Assembly: GCA_051362555.1 (NCBI GenBank)
Contig: CM120644.1
Span: 9,494,954 to 9,558,953 of the forward strand
Source of the DNA: Lingula anatina
Taxonomy: Eukaryota; Animalia; Brachiopoda
Length of the DNA stretch: 64,000 bases
Direction of reading: 5' to 3'
The notes under the pieces are model-generated. The model was not told the origin of the DNA. It ran no database searches and saw only the letters and a program-made list of their open reading frames with translations. Shown piece by piece: positions 13,785 through 27,620 of this stretch. The translations under genes and the position numbers were made by a program. The first letter of the stretch is position 1; each line of letters starts with the position of its first letter.

Positions 13785-16700
13785 TTAGTAACTTGGGCGG
13801 GCGCACACGTTGAACTTCGGTGGCACGTACACAGAGCCGGTGGTACCAACTGTAGCCGGAAGCACCTCTCCATCCGGCACGTGGAACGTGAAAGCCTGCA
13901 CCAAGGCTGTGAGGACCAGGAACATCTCCGGTTTGGCCAGACTCTCTCCTGGACAGGAACGCTTGCCTTGAAAACAGAAAAAAAATATTATTTTCTGTTT
14001 CCAATATATAGAATACTTCACAATATTAATGATTTGTACTATTTACGTTATTATTATTATTATCAATCTATAGTTGACGGAGTCAAAAAACTTTTGAATT
14101 TGATCATGCGGTGTAAGTTATCAGCACATGGTACAACCCTTAGCAAAATTTAAGGCTTCTTGCAAACAGTTGCTGCAAATTTGCAACAAATTTGCAAGAG
14201 GAAATTTACCATGTAAATTAAGTCTCTTGCAAATTTGCTGCAAACTCCCCACAAACTTAATCAGCATGACAAAAGGGAATCTGTCACAGGTTTCTTGCAA
14301 ATTTGCTGCAAACTCTCAAGAACCATTCATGCGAATTTGCTGCAAACTCTCCACTACAGTTCTTGCGAATTTGCTGCAAACTCTCCAGAACTGTTCTTGC
14401 GAATTTTCTGCAAATTCACTAGAAGTTCTTGCAAATTTGCTGCAAACCCTCCAGAACTGTTCTTGCGAATGCTCTGCAAACTCATAAGAAATCCTTCTTG
14501 CAAATTTGCTGCAAAATCTCCAGAACTGTTCTCGCGAATTTTTCCGGAACCCTCCCCCCCCCCCCCCAAAAAAAAAAAAAAACAAATCGAAAAAACATTC
14601 TTCTGCAGTACCACTATTGCAGTAGACTGCCAACTAATATTTAGCCCAGTGATTATGCTTTTATTTATGCCAGTTTTTTTTTTTTTAATTAAATCTCAAT
14701 CATGTATGCCATATTTGAAATCATGGAGTAGCAAAATTTTATTACTGTATTTTAGCCATATAGTGCAGCTGGCAGAACACATACAGAAAATTATCAAATG
14801 AATGAAAAAATAGCACACACAGAATATCAGTAAGAAACACCATAAACATTTTTCAATATTTTATTTTAGAAACTTGCACATTTAAATCAAATTAAATCAA
14901 CATTTGGTAAAGATTGTTCAGATGTCTCTGATATAATGATACAACGTGAATCTGCTTATGCATTTTATTCATTGGAAAGAACAGTAACCAAGCTATAAAG
15001 GATGCTTTAATCTTTAAGAGGATTCAACAACTTTATTTACATCCAAGTTTAAAGAAGTCCGAGTTTAATTATCGAGTCCTTAGTAATATTTCTTAAAGGA
15101 CAATGTTCATGTAAAAATCCATTTCTCGAATTTTGAAGATACAGCACTCAATCTATACACTAGAGGTATGTTTTAATCGATCCCCGCCATTTAAAAATTA
15201 TAAAAACAATCTATTAGTAGGAAAAAAAGCGTTTTAGTAAACCTCACCTCAATATGCAAAAATGAAGCAACAGATCTGGATCACGTGGTACTGTGACGAC
15301 AATCACGATAAAGGTCTATGAGACTCTGAGCTGCATGTTGCATACAGACGGAGAAGTTAAGGAAAGTTGTGTAGAACGGAGTTGAGGAAATTTCGTTATG
15401 CCTCGGTGTGTTGCCGTGGAATTCAGCAAAATTGCAGCTCTCGTTGACAATCTTTCTTTGTCTGTGACGGTCTTCCGTGACTTACTTACTAACTTCGGTG
15501 ACAATAGTTGCGATGCTCTAGATCATGGTCACCTCAGGTGGTTTAGATCATATCTGGTAGTCTTTCAGATTAACTGTCATCAGTTGGCAAACTTACTGAT
15601 TGCTGATGCATTTTAAATGCATTGTAGTTGACCAAAAGCTCGTTTACAACAAACCTGTTAATTATGCACCGCTGCAATTCCCAAGCCAGGTAATAACAGG
15701 TATGAAACTCGTCTTGGTGGGCTTTCATATTTTTCAATATATCTCATTTATTTCATGGGGTTATTTTATTTGTATTTGTAAATGACGTTAAATATCAATA
15801 CTTAAACAATTAAGTTCAAACACGGTCGCGAACATTAATAAAAGAAATTGCTCTCAGGGTATCTTGAAGCTTCCGTGGAAGAAAACGTGTTGAGGAAAAA
15901 CAGGAAAAAGAGCGTTATATTAAAGAAAAAATGGGAACTGCTATAATAAAATGGTTCGTTATCCTAATTCGTTTATGCTTTGAGGATTTGTTTCTGAAGA
16001 TTATTTCATCTGAAATATTAAATAATTTAAAAGATTGATCATTTTATAACTTGAAAAGCAAATTCTGCGTCAGTACGCAATTTTTTTTTTTTTTTTTTTT
16101 TTTTTTGCAAATTTGTAAGCTTATAACACCGTGCTATTATAAAGATCTACTCAAGAAAAAAATTTGCTTGGGTAAAATTGAGTACGGAATGAACTGGAGA
16201 CACTTGGCTTGTCATTAAGTTTACACGAAAATATGTCAGGTAACTTTATACTGTCTTTGAAAGAGTAAAGATTGAAAGATAATTTTAGACAAACTTTGAC
16301 GGGGGAAATACCTACAAAGAGTAATGGGCTATTTCGCCAACATCTTGTTGAAAATTTTACACTGCAATTCTATTCAAATAAGCTAAGGAACTAATTGCCA
16401 AATTAATACTCTCATCACATAACAGGGGGGTAACCAGACCTGCAAAAATTGTACGCACATATTTAAAAAGATTACAAGCACATACAGCAAAATGTAGACT
16501 TACGCAAAACATGAAGGACAGCGTACCGTAATCACAGCAAATGTACCTCATATAGTAGCTAAATTTCCATTAATAATAAAATCATCATTTAAGTCAAAAA
16601 TATTCTTGCGATTTAATAACTATTTTAATTTACCCAGAACGGTATATTTATTTTAAAGGCGGTTAACTGAAATATAGTTTTATGATTTGTTTGTGAAAAT

Positions 16701-19419
16701 TGCCCATGTCACCCTGTTAGTTTGGAGGTCTAAGCTGGATCAAGTCCGTGTTAAAATTCCTATGAAGTTGTGCAGGAAAAATTCTTCCTTTCTTTCTCTA
16801 GCTCCTCGGTAAACCTGGTGTTCAGATTTTATCTAGTACCCCCAGGTCTACGGGAGCTGCGCTTTGTAACTAACGCACAGGTAGATTTTTACCTGAGATA
16901 ACTGGAGTAAAGCTTAGATAGAGAGTGCGTTCGATACAAGCAAGACAAATTGAATGCCATTTAACCCTCTAATTAAGAGGTAAAGGAAGTTCCAGTTAGA
17001 TGGATGATTAAGATAGGACTTGTCAAGGTAACGGGCATTGTTTACCTCAGTTTAATAAAAGTATGCAAGACGGAGTGTCAGCGGTTTAATAAAATAAATT
17101 GAATTTCACAAATAACATGGACCTCATATGCAATAATCAACATTTCCCTTAACTCATTCAAATGCAGTGTTTTATACAACTTGGGATAACCATAATGAAA
17201 TGCTTGTTAAAGAAATGACTAGACGGGAAATGGTTTTACACAGCTTCACGAGGATTTAGACCCCTCGGGTAAGAGATTTGAATGAGTATAAACTTTTATC
17301 AGAAGCCAGATAGAGAAGTTATCTTACAGGTAGACAATGCAGCTCAGTTTGACAGCTAAGCACGCTCTGTTCTCCAGTGGCTCGATTGTCGTCATTGGAC
17401 CACGTGACCACGTAGCTCATTAACTCCCAGGCCGAGCAAATAGGACGTTTTTTAAAGCCAAAAATTTACAAAATGAGCTTTTAATTTGTGTATTTGGATT
17501 AAGATATCGTTAGTTGGGCATGTTTTCTGAAGAATATGTTCCGTTCAGGCCATTCTGACGGCATGAAGCAAACCCTTTAATTCTGTTAACTGGCTTCAAT
17601 ATATCAATTCTGTTAATGATTCACTGTAATGTATTTTGTGTGTATAAGTATATAAGGAGTAGAACTTAGTATAAGAGCTCAGAGTGAGTTTGGTCAGTTG
17701 AACTGATAGCTAGATAGTCCCTGCTGTCCTAGGAGACTCCAAATCTGTCAGCCAGAGAAATAAACGTAGAGATCAGGCAGGTTGTAGTTGATCTCTGGAA
17801 AACATATCACCGCTGTTGTTTCACTCGCTAGAGAAGTCAGACCAAATTTCGACTGGGATACAAGCACCATATCACATCTGAAAGACAAGAAAAATAAAAC
17901 TTGACATTTCTTGTAAAATTTGTTGCACTCACAGGTAGTTTGTCAAGTAAGCTTCTAGTAGTTTCCATTAATAAAAACACCTATATATATACATATATAT
18001 GATTTATGTTGTTAAGTAAAACTAAACTAAATTTAGCAGGCATGGTATAATCTAATCACAGTTAAAAATACTTTTCCTACCTTTTTTAAGGCCCTCTTTG
18101 CAGTGTGAATTTTTGCACTCATAGTGTGCTTAATTGCTGGCCCATCCATTTTCAAGTTGTTAATAACATACACTGAAAGAAAGAGAATTTAAACAATAAA
18201 TAAAGCATGACTTCATTTAAAAAACTAAATGAGACAGATGGGGGGGGGGGGGGTGGATATGGAGGGCACAGGGTATGCGTGTGGGGAGTTATGGAGGGCA
18301 CAGGGTTGGATATGGTATGGGTGTGGGGAGATATGGAGGGCACAGGGTTGGAGATGGTGGGAGTAAGACGGGGGACAGATGATGCACGAGGCACTGAAAC
18401 ACTTTCTTCAACTGCTGCATTACAAGCTGGCTCTGATTTTTTTCCTTGAATAACACAGGGAAAGCTTTATTAAATTTGAATTCATGTGTGTAAAATGTAC
18501 TTATTATTTGAAAGAGGAAATTACAATTTTTTCAGCATTTAGTGGAAAAGATATGCAACAGCAATTGCAGGTCAATTAACAATATACTTACACTACTACC
18601 ATTGCTCTGGTTGTCCTTTTTATCTAAAAAAGTTAAAACATAAAATGTTATTCTACCAAAAAAGTGATGCATTAAGAATATATATTTATATATATGAACA
18701 GTTCATCATAGGTTGCATGGTTGTTTGAACTAAAAAAAAAGTGGGGTTCCTGTTATTCAGAAGCAAGGCAACACTGAAACATTTTGGATTCTGTGTTACT
18801 ATTAAAAAAAAAAACAACAATAATTATGGAATTATCAGACATATTAGTTTCACAAAGAAGAGATAAGTCAGTATGAGGGTGATACACTTAAATTCTTAGA
18901 TTTGTTCAGAAGTCTTTGACACTCACTGAAAATACATTTACTCACCTTTCACATATGCCTTCTTTTCCTTCTGACATGCATTTCTGTAATCTAAAATAAA
19001 AGGAGAATAGGTTTCAAAGCATTCTTTTAAAACACATGTATTTGCACTTTGATATTTCTCCTTTCTGTGGAAATGACCAAAACTGACTTTTAAAACCATC
19101 AAGACTATTAAAACTATAATTTTTTCCTGTGGCAGATATGATTGAATGTGCAAGTTTTTTTTTCAAGATTAAAAGTAATTTCAAGGGGCTAAGTTTAAAG
19201 GTGCATATGAAGTAAATTTTGGCCATGCATATAAGCCAACAAAATGCCAGCATATAGTTTCAAGTAGTATAACTTAGAGGATTACCAAAAGGCATAGTTT
19301 AATTAACCCCCCCTCCAAAAAAAAAAAAAAAAAAGAAAAGAAAAAATATTTGAACAGATTTTTCTGCTAGCACTCTATGCTGTATATCAATGGACAAAAA
19401 AATAAATAATAATAATAAA

Positions 19420-19450
<31 letters not shown>

Positions 19451-20017
19451 TAGGTCATGAAAAAAGGCTAAATTTCTGGCCAAAAATTTAAAGAAAGGAG
19501 CAGTCTAAAGCTCTTTAATGACCAATCTGGTGACTTATTCAGTTTACCCCTTGTCATGTTAAATTTATTTGAGTAATTAGGAAATTTGAAGAAGTAGTTT
19601 ATATGTGTTACTGGAAATCCATGTTACAGCGATGCTCTGTAAATATGTACCTTAAGTGCCGTATGAACCCTTCTGCCCTTTGAATTTATTTCACCTAAGC
19701 AAACTATACTAATTGAGAATACACTTACCACTAAATGTAAATCACTTTTGCCAAATACATGCAACCATCCCAAGGAGCCATGAGTGTCTCTCCAACAGTA
19801 GGGACTTCCCCTTCTTACTCTTCCTCCCTCTCAAACTTCGAAACGTCTTCCACTGATACAACTCCATCCTTGTCAAAACCAATAGTAATCCACGTCTCTA
19901 TAATTTAAAAAGAATATAGTTACACACTTATTCAACCGTTACAGAGAGAGAGAGAGAGAGAAAAAGAGAGAGGGGGGGAAGGAGAGAGAGAGAGAGAGAG
20001 AGAGAGAGCGGAAAAAA

Positions 20018-20057
<40 letters not shown>

Positions 20058-23000
20058 TAAGAAGAGAAAGAGAGAGAGAGAGAACGAGATGGCCTTCCCA
20101 ACAAGTACCATACTAGCGCCCCCATACTAGAACTGTATTTAGAATCGGTTTACTTTCTACTTTCTACTCGCAGGCATGATGAGAATTCTCTGAGTGTAGT
20201 AAAATCCTATCTTGAATCAAACGTTCTGATTAACCTTTGCACTCACCTGGCTTTGCAATCAACGCATAATAATTTCTAACTGGTTACACCAACTTAAAAT
20301 CAGCTGCCGGTAAATCTCAAACCGTCTTCTTCTTCAAAATTTCCCGTGATGCATCAGATGGCGCATCAACCTATCACAGAACGAGAACGAGGCTATGGCG
20401 GTTAGCTTGATTTTGTCTATCGTTCAGATTATTATGATAAAATATAACTAATTCAGAAGTTATTGGATGGAATGACTAGCAGAAACTGGAAAATGAACTT
20501 AGTATCTTCACATCAGCACACACAGATTTAGCCGAGCACAAGGATTCCAAGAGCTAGAGACACTTCAAATAGCGGCGTCATGGTTAGAACAAAGAACAAA
20601 GAACTGAGTTAGAGAAGGAATAAGAATAATTTGAAACTATTAAGCCGGTGAGTTACCTCGAGCAGCGTCTATAACTCATGTTAACTGAGGTTAACTTGTA
20701 CACTTGGTATCCTAGAGGAACTCTGATACTACTCAGGCAATAGATCGATCTCATATAGATAGATATATACGATACGATAAACAATAACCATGTCGTCAAC
20801 CAAATTCTACGCCGTAGCATCTGGGAGAGAGCCCGGCATCTTTCTACGGTGGCCAATGGCCCAGGCCAGCACAGTGCGATTCCCAGGAAACTGCCACAAA
20901 GCCTTTGAAACAATTGAAGAAGCGGTAAAGTTCATGAACTCCTATGATATCCCTGAGACTGACATCGAGGTACATATTAATGAAGAGTCCAATATGACCC
21001 TCAGGAAATTTCTAGATAGTAAAAAACAAGAAACTCCAGCAACACCAGAGATAGAAACTTTACAGAAAGGGGTATGTACAGATGTAGATGAAGGAGCTGC
21101 TCTCTGCCTCGTACATAAAATGGCATGTGAAGCTCAGTGCGGTACTCCTGACAATGAATTCATGATCCAGTGTTGCAATTGTAGAGGGTGGATACATTTT
21201 ACCTGTTCAGCATTGCCTGCGTATATGCTCACCTCTCTTAGAAATTCCAGCAGAAAGTTCTCTTGTGAATTGTGTGTCAGTCCAGACCCAGACATTTTAA
21301 ATCATCTTAACAATAACAATAACGAAATGCCACAAATGCCACAACTCACTGGTAAATCTGTCAGCACCAACTCTCAATTACCCACAACAGCAGTAGCTAC
21401 ACAAACTATCCACGACTTCTTAGAGGCTGAAACGCAAACTTCCCTAGAGGCAGCAGACCAAGGGACACGAACTGAGCCACTGAGAGAACAATCGCAAACC
21501 TTTATGGTTGAGACTCTGAAGGAATTTGAGGCTAGATGGGTTGATAAATTACAAGAGCAGTGTCTTGATCTCAAGATCAAGTTGGCACAAAGGGATTTAG
21601 AACTAGTGAAAAATGAAAAGAAAACCCTCGAGTCTGAAGTATCATCTCTGAGAAAGGAGTTGAATAAAACCAAGAGTGAGTTGGATAACGTTAAGAAAGC
21701 TGATAAAAACAGTGTGACAGATAAGATACATAAACTCAGGGTGGATATGGAACAAGCAGCCAAGGATCAACTCAATAAATTTAAGGCAGAAAAGATGGGG
21801 TTACAGGCCAAAGTGGATAAAATCACTGCAGCCATGCAGGCAAGGGACCATACAGCTGAGCAGCTCATGTCTGTTATTAAAGACAAAGAGGATGATCTAA
21901 CTAACCTACGTTCCAAGTGCGACAACCTCCAACTTGAGCTGGAAAAATCCAGAGAGGAAATGTATGAAGCACGAAGAACAAGTGTACAGTGTGACCATGA
22001 CAACACTTTTAATGCAGCAGGTTGCACTAGCAGCACAGTTCCTGGGGAAAGGAGAAAATCAGTCTGTAGCTATAATGGTGGCAGAAGTATAAGCCCCACA
22101 CTGTTTGATACACCAGAGTCCCCAGCAGAGAGGCACCATTACCCACCCACAGAGATAGATTCTAACCTTGAATCAGAAAATGATGGACACCAATCTGCTC
22201 ATCCCATCAACGTGCCAGCCTCAGGAGCAGAAAACCACGTCAACGGTGCTTCCTCCCCACCCCGACTATCATACTCGGAGGCTCTACGTACCCCTGTCGT
22301 GACACCACCACAACACATTCAAACAGTCACTGACATGAGAGGAGTAAGCAACAGCCACGAAAGATCAAGGAGACGTACAGTGACCCTTATTGGGAACTCC
22401 CAGATAAAAAACATTATCCCCCATCGCCTTGTGCCGGCTGCGAGGACAGAGACAGTTTTAGCATACACAGCTCCAGAGGCTGCTAACATTATGTTCAACA
22501 ACAAGAACCTAGATTCTGATTGTGTTATTCTTCATGAAATCACAAATGATGTCGGAGAGGAATCGGCTGCTCAGTGTGCAGAGAGACTATATGCAATGGG
22601 AGAGGGCTTTGCAAAGACTCAACCCCAGACACAAGTTATCATATCTCTGGGAACTCCAAGGTTGGACTATGCTATGCTGAACAGAGACACAGATGTTGTA
22701 AATGCCCTGCTGAAATCCAAAATACATTCGTCCAAAGTAAACAATCTTCATGTTTGTGAAAATGGAAACTTTATGCGAAGGGGAGTTATACAAAGACACC
22801 TGTTCAACAGAGATGGTGTCCATTTATCGCGCCAAGGCACTAGTCTGCTGGCAGCTAACTTACGTGACACAATTGAGAAAGTGTTGAATATTGACAGTCG
22901 TAGAAAGAGTGCAAGAAGAGGATTATGATGTAATTGAAAAAGGGTTTAACATTGACTTTACTAGTAATTGAAAAAAGGTTCTAAAGGGACTTGCTTTAAA

Positions 23001-23429
23001 TGTATTTATTAGCAGCACAAGGGTGCTACTAGCCCAATGAACTGTAATTGAGTATATAGTACATGAAATTGCTACGATTCAATGGACATGCCAGATCTCA
23101 GTGCCAAGTAGCAAGATAAGGAAGTATTGTGTCATTATCGATATGCAGATATTTTTGTTTGTAGGATTAATTATTTTTGTATATCTATCAATTTATCTAA
23201 GCTATTTATCATAATAAAGCAGATATTTTTGGGTGTAGGATTAAATATTTTTATATATCTATCTATTTATTTAAGCTATTTATCATTATAAAATGGTAAA
23301 CAGTGGCACTATATGTTTAAGTTAGTCTTCACATTATAATGGTTAGAAGTGGATTATCTTACAGTGTATCAATATAACATGCCTCATCAAGATATTTTTA
23401 GTATAGTGCAGATATACTTAAGATTTAAT

Positions 23430-23474
<45 letters not shown>

Positions 23475-26400
23475 TAGGTATGCATGGCTGTATATATTAT
23501 TACCTACCCTATCTATTTATTTAAGTTAATTATCATTTGTTAGTAGGGCAACTATTAAGTTAAGTTAGTCGTCACAGCGTAACGGTAAGAAGAGGCACTA
23601 TAAACAGAGTGATACTTTAACAGTGCATTGCTCAGATATCATTTATTTATTAATTATTTTAAGCTTCATACATCTGAAGTTAAAATACATACATATAACC
23701 AGTAGCTAGTCATCTCCATCCATTAACAGTACCTTTGACTTGGTATATAACTCTCATTTACAATGCTGCACAGCTCTCCTCGGAGTTTAAGAGCTGGTGC
23801 ATGGAACATAGATGGTATGTTCATGAGGATTGGGAATGAAAGGGTAAGCAAACTTGACTTGCCATGCTTCCAATCTGCACTACATCAATTGGACATTTTC
23901 TGTTTGATTGAAACCCACTGTGATGTCAATGATAACCTTCACCTGGAGGGGTTCCATATTGAATCAAACCTCAGACAGAGATCAAAAAATTCCCCCAAGG
24001 CATCTGGGGGTTTAGCAATAGGGGTAAGGAGCGAAATTCTCAAAGGGATTATGTTTATCAAACGAAATAACTCGGAGCTCATGTGGATAAAACTACAAAA
24101 GGAATTCTTCAATCTTAGAGAAGATGTTTACATGTGTAACGTGTACATCAGTCCAGTTGGAAGCTCCTATACCAGCCAAAGGGAAGATATCTTCAATATT
24201 CTAGAGGAGGATCTGTCAAAATATGAAAAACTAGGCAAATGCATTGTGTTTGGGGACTTCAATGCAAAAACTTACACAGAGAAGGACTTTGTACAACATG
24301 ACAGTGATACACAGGTTGGGACAGGAGAAGGTTATGTGTCAGATGTCCCAATGGTCAGAAGGAACTTAGATTGTCACAGTGTAGATAGCAATGGTAGGAG
24401 ACTATTAGAACTTTGTAAGAGCAGCGGTCTTAGGATAGTGAATGGTAGAGTAGTAGGGGATTTTGTTGGTAATCAGACATGTTTTAGTCATAACGGGCAG
24501 CCCAGCACGATTGACTATATGCTTTGCCACGTGGAGATGTTTAGTCAGATTGAGTTCTTCAGGGTACACGATTTATCACCGTACTCGATCCACTGCCTGC
24601 TTTCCTGCAATATAAGTATGAATACGTGCCAGTACATTACTCCTACGGGCTCATCAGAGGCTCTACTTAAGATCCCAGAGAAATTTTTCTGGAATACTGG
24701 TTCACGAGATAGATGGCTTAGAGCTCTCGCTCTACCCCATAATGCAGAAGAAATAAGGAAATTCACATCTGCAACATTCATGGAAACAGCAGAAGGAGTT
24801 GAAAACTGTCTTGAGGATTTCTACAGACTAGTGACGAGAATAGCTGCCAATGCAGGCATCACAAAAAGAATACCTAAAGTAAGAAAAGGTGTGGGCAAAA
24901 AGCCCTGGTTTGATGGTGACTGTAAAGATATGAGCAGAAAACTCCGGTCCTTGGCTAGACAAATACGTAAAAACCCAGAGAATCGAAAGATAGTCCAAGA
25001 TTACTGTGCCATGAAAAAAAGATACAAAAGGCTACTCAATAGCAAAAGCAATTCATTCAGGGAGAATATATATCAGCGTATAAGCAAGCTGGAGAATGAA
25101 GACCCGCAGGCATTCTGGGAGATGTATGATAAACTTTGCCCTAAAAAGCAGTCTTCTGGAAACCCTATCCCACCAAGCGAGTGGTGGAGTCATTTCAATC
25201 AATTAATGAATAGGAAAATTCCGCATGATGACACATCTTTTGAGGATGAAATAAACAAATACCACTTGCAACACGACCATAGGGTATTCAATGAAATGGA
25301 TTTTCGTATTACGGAAAAAGAGGTTCGTTTGGCGGCAACTAGTCTGAAAAGAAATAAAGCCCCAGGTCTAGACGGTATTCCTAACGAGATGATAAAGGAA
25401 GGGATTACTTCATTAGCACCGGCAATATCTAAGGTCTTCAATGTAATCTACTCCTCAGGAGAATTCCCGACCGCCTGGCGTACCAGCACCCTTAGCGTGC
25501 TCCACAAGAAAGGAGATCGCAGATGTCCAGGCAACTATAGGGGAATAGCTATCTCAAGCAACTTATCCAAACTGTTCTGTAAAGTACTTAACAAAAGACT
25601 AAATAACCAGGTCAAGAAAGAGCAAATCATCCCTGACAACCAAATCGGATTTAGGAAAGGTGCCAGGACCAGTGACCATATCCTAACACTGAAGAGTGTG
25701 GTAGATAAATACATTCACAAGATCTCTAGGTCCAAACTTTATGCAGCATTTGTAGACTTTTCACAGGCATATGACACTGTTTGGAGGAATGGACTGCTTT
25801 ATAAATTAATTAAGGCAAATTTTAGCTCTAAATTCGTAAACATACTCAGAAGTATGTATAATTCAGTAATGTTTTCTATTAAATGTGAGGGGGGGATCAC
25901 CAACCCCTTCAGTACGAGCGTGGGAGTCAAACAAGGATGTGTGCTAAGCCCTACACTTTTCAATATTTTCATAAAGGACATACCAGACCTATTTGTGGAT
26001 ACGTCTCAAAGCAAGCCACCGCTTTTGAATAACAGACCACTCACATGCCTACTTTATGCTGATGATTTAGTCATACTATCAGAAAGTGCACAAGGTCTCC
26101 AGTTTTCCTTGAACCAACTAGCTAGTTATTGTGACAGATGGAAACTTAGAGTGAACACAGATAAGACTAAGGTGGTTATCTTCAACAAGCTAGGGCGAAC
26201 GATAGATAAAGAGATCTTCACACTGGGGGAAAAGAGAGTGGGCATTGCTACTGAATATAACTACTTGGGAATTACGTTCACCCCCTCCGGCAAATTTACC
26301 AAAGGTATGGACACACTGAGAGACAAGGCAGCTAAAGTGTTCTTCAAAATTCGTAACCAGCTGTTTGCCGCCCCCACGGCCGTCGCAAAAAAACTTTTCC

Positions 26401-27567
26401 AATCCCTAGTGGTTCCAGTTATGGGTTACGGTAGTGAAGTGTGGATTCCATATCTGATACACAAAATGCAAAAAAATAATATTCTCTCCACATGTGACAA
26501 GCCCTCAGCAGAGCAGCTCCACATTAAAGCCTGTAAGACCATTCTGGGAATACACAAAAGAGCCAGTAACCACGCTGCAAGGGGTGAATTGGGAAGTTAC
26601 CCCATACTAATTCACCTTACGGCCCTGGCGGTCAAATATTGGAGTTACCTGAACTATAGACTATATAAAGGTGAAAATGCCATGGTACTCGATGCCCTTA
26701 TTGAAAACAGGGCAATGTCAGAAGCTGGTATCACAACCTGGTCTTCGGGTATTAAAGCGGCACTCTTAGTAGGCCATGCCGAGGAATTATGGGTTAATCC
26801 CATTAAAATATCCAACAGCAACACACAGGCCATAATAAACCAACACATGAAGCAGGCCTACAGTGAGGAATGGGAAGAGATGATAAAGGCAGTAGATAGT
26901 AGTAAAAAACTTAGAACATATGTAGGCTTCAAAAACAGATTCTCATGTGAGAATTACACTACAATTATGAATAAGAGTCTAAGAACCACCTTCTGTAAAA
27001 TAAGATTAAGTGCACATACCCTACAGGTGGAGCGGGGGAGATTTACCCGACCTAAGACACCGCTGGAGCAGAGGTTATGTAAATTGTGCGATCTTCAGAG
27101 AATAGAAGATGAATTTCATCTAGTTAGGGAATGCCCAGTATATACAGAGCAGCGGAACCAAATGGGTACTAAGCTAGAGTCTTTTGTATCATTTGAAGGG
27201 TTTAGTGAAAAAGAAATATTCAACTTTCTAATGGGGTCTGTTGAGATGGACATTATATATGTTGTAGTACAATATTTAGGTAGCTGTTTAAAACTTAGGG
27301 ATAAGTTGCTCACTATCCAGAACACTAGTTAACATAATCCCTGTGTGTCATTAGCAAAGTCGGGATGGATAGATAGTATGGGTTTACGAAATGCTACACA
27401 CAAAAAAACTACTGTAGCTGGATATATAACCTATATAATTATTCATTTATTTCTCATTGTAATTGTGCGTCATTATTGCTAGTAGTGTTATGGTGCCTTG
27501 TTATAGTTTGATGTCGGTCAGTAAAATATCCATTCTTAGGTGTAAGTTTAATTCGTATGTTCCATGT

Positions 27568-27620
<53 letters not shown>

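Noticed and set aside
21374-27325. Antisense ORFs inside the LINE
   Set aside because: Shadows of the long sense ORFs with no independent coding signal.
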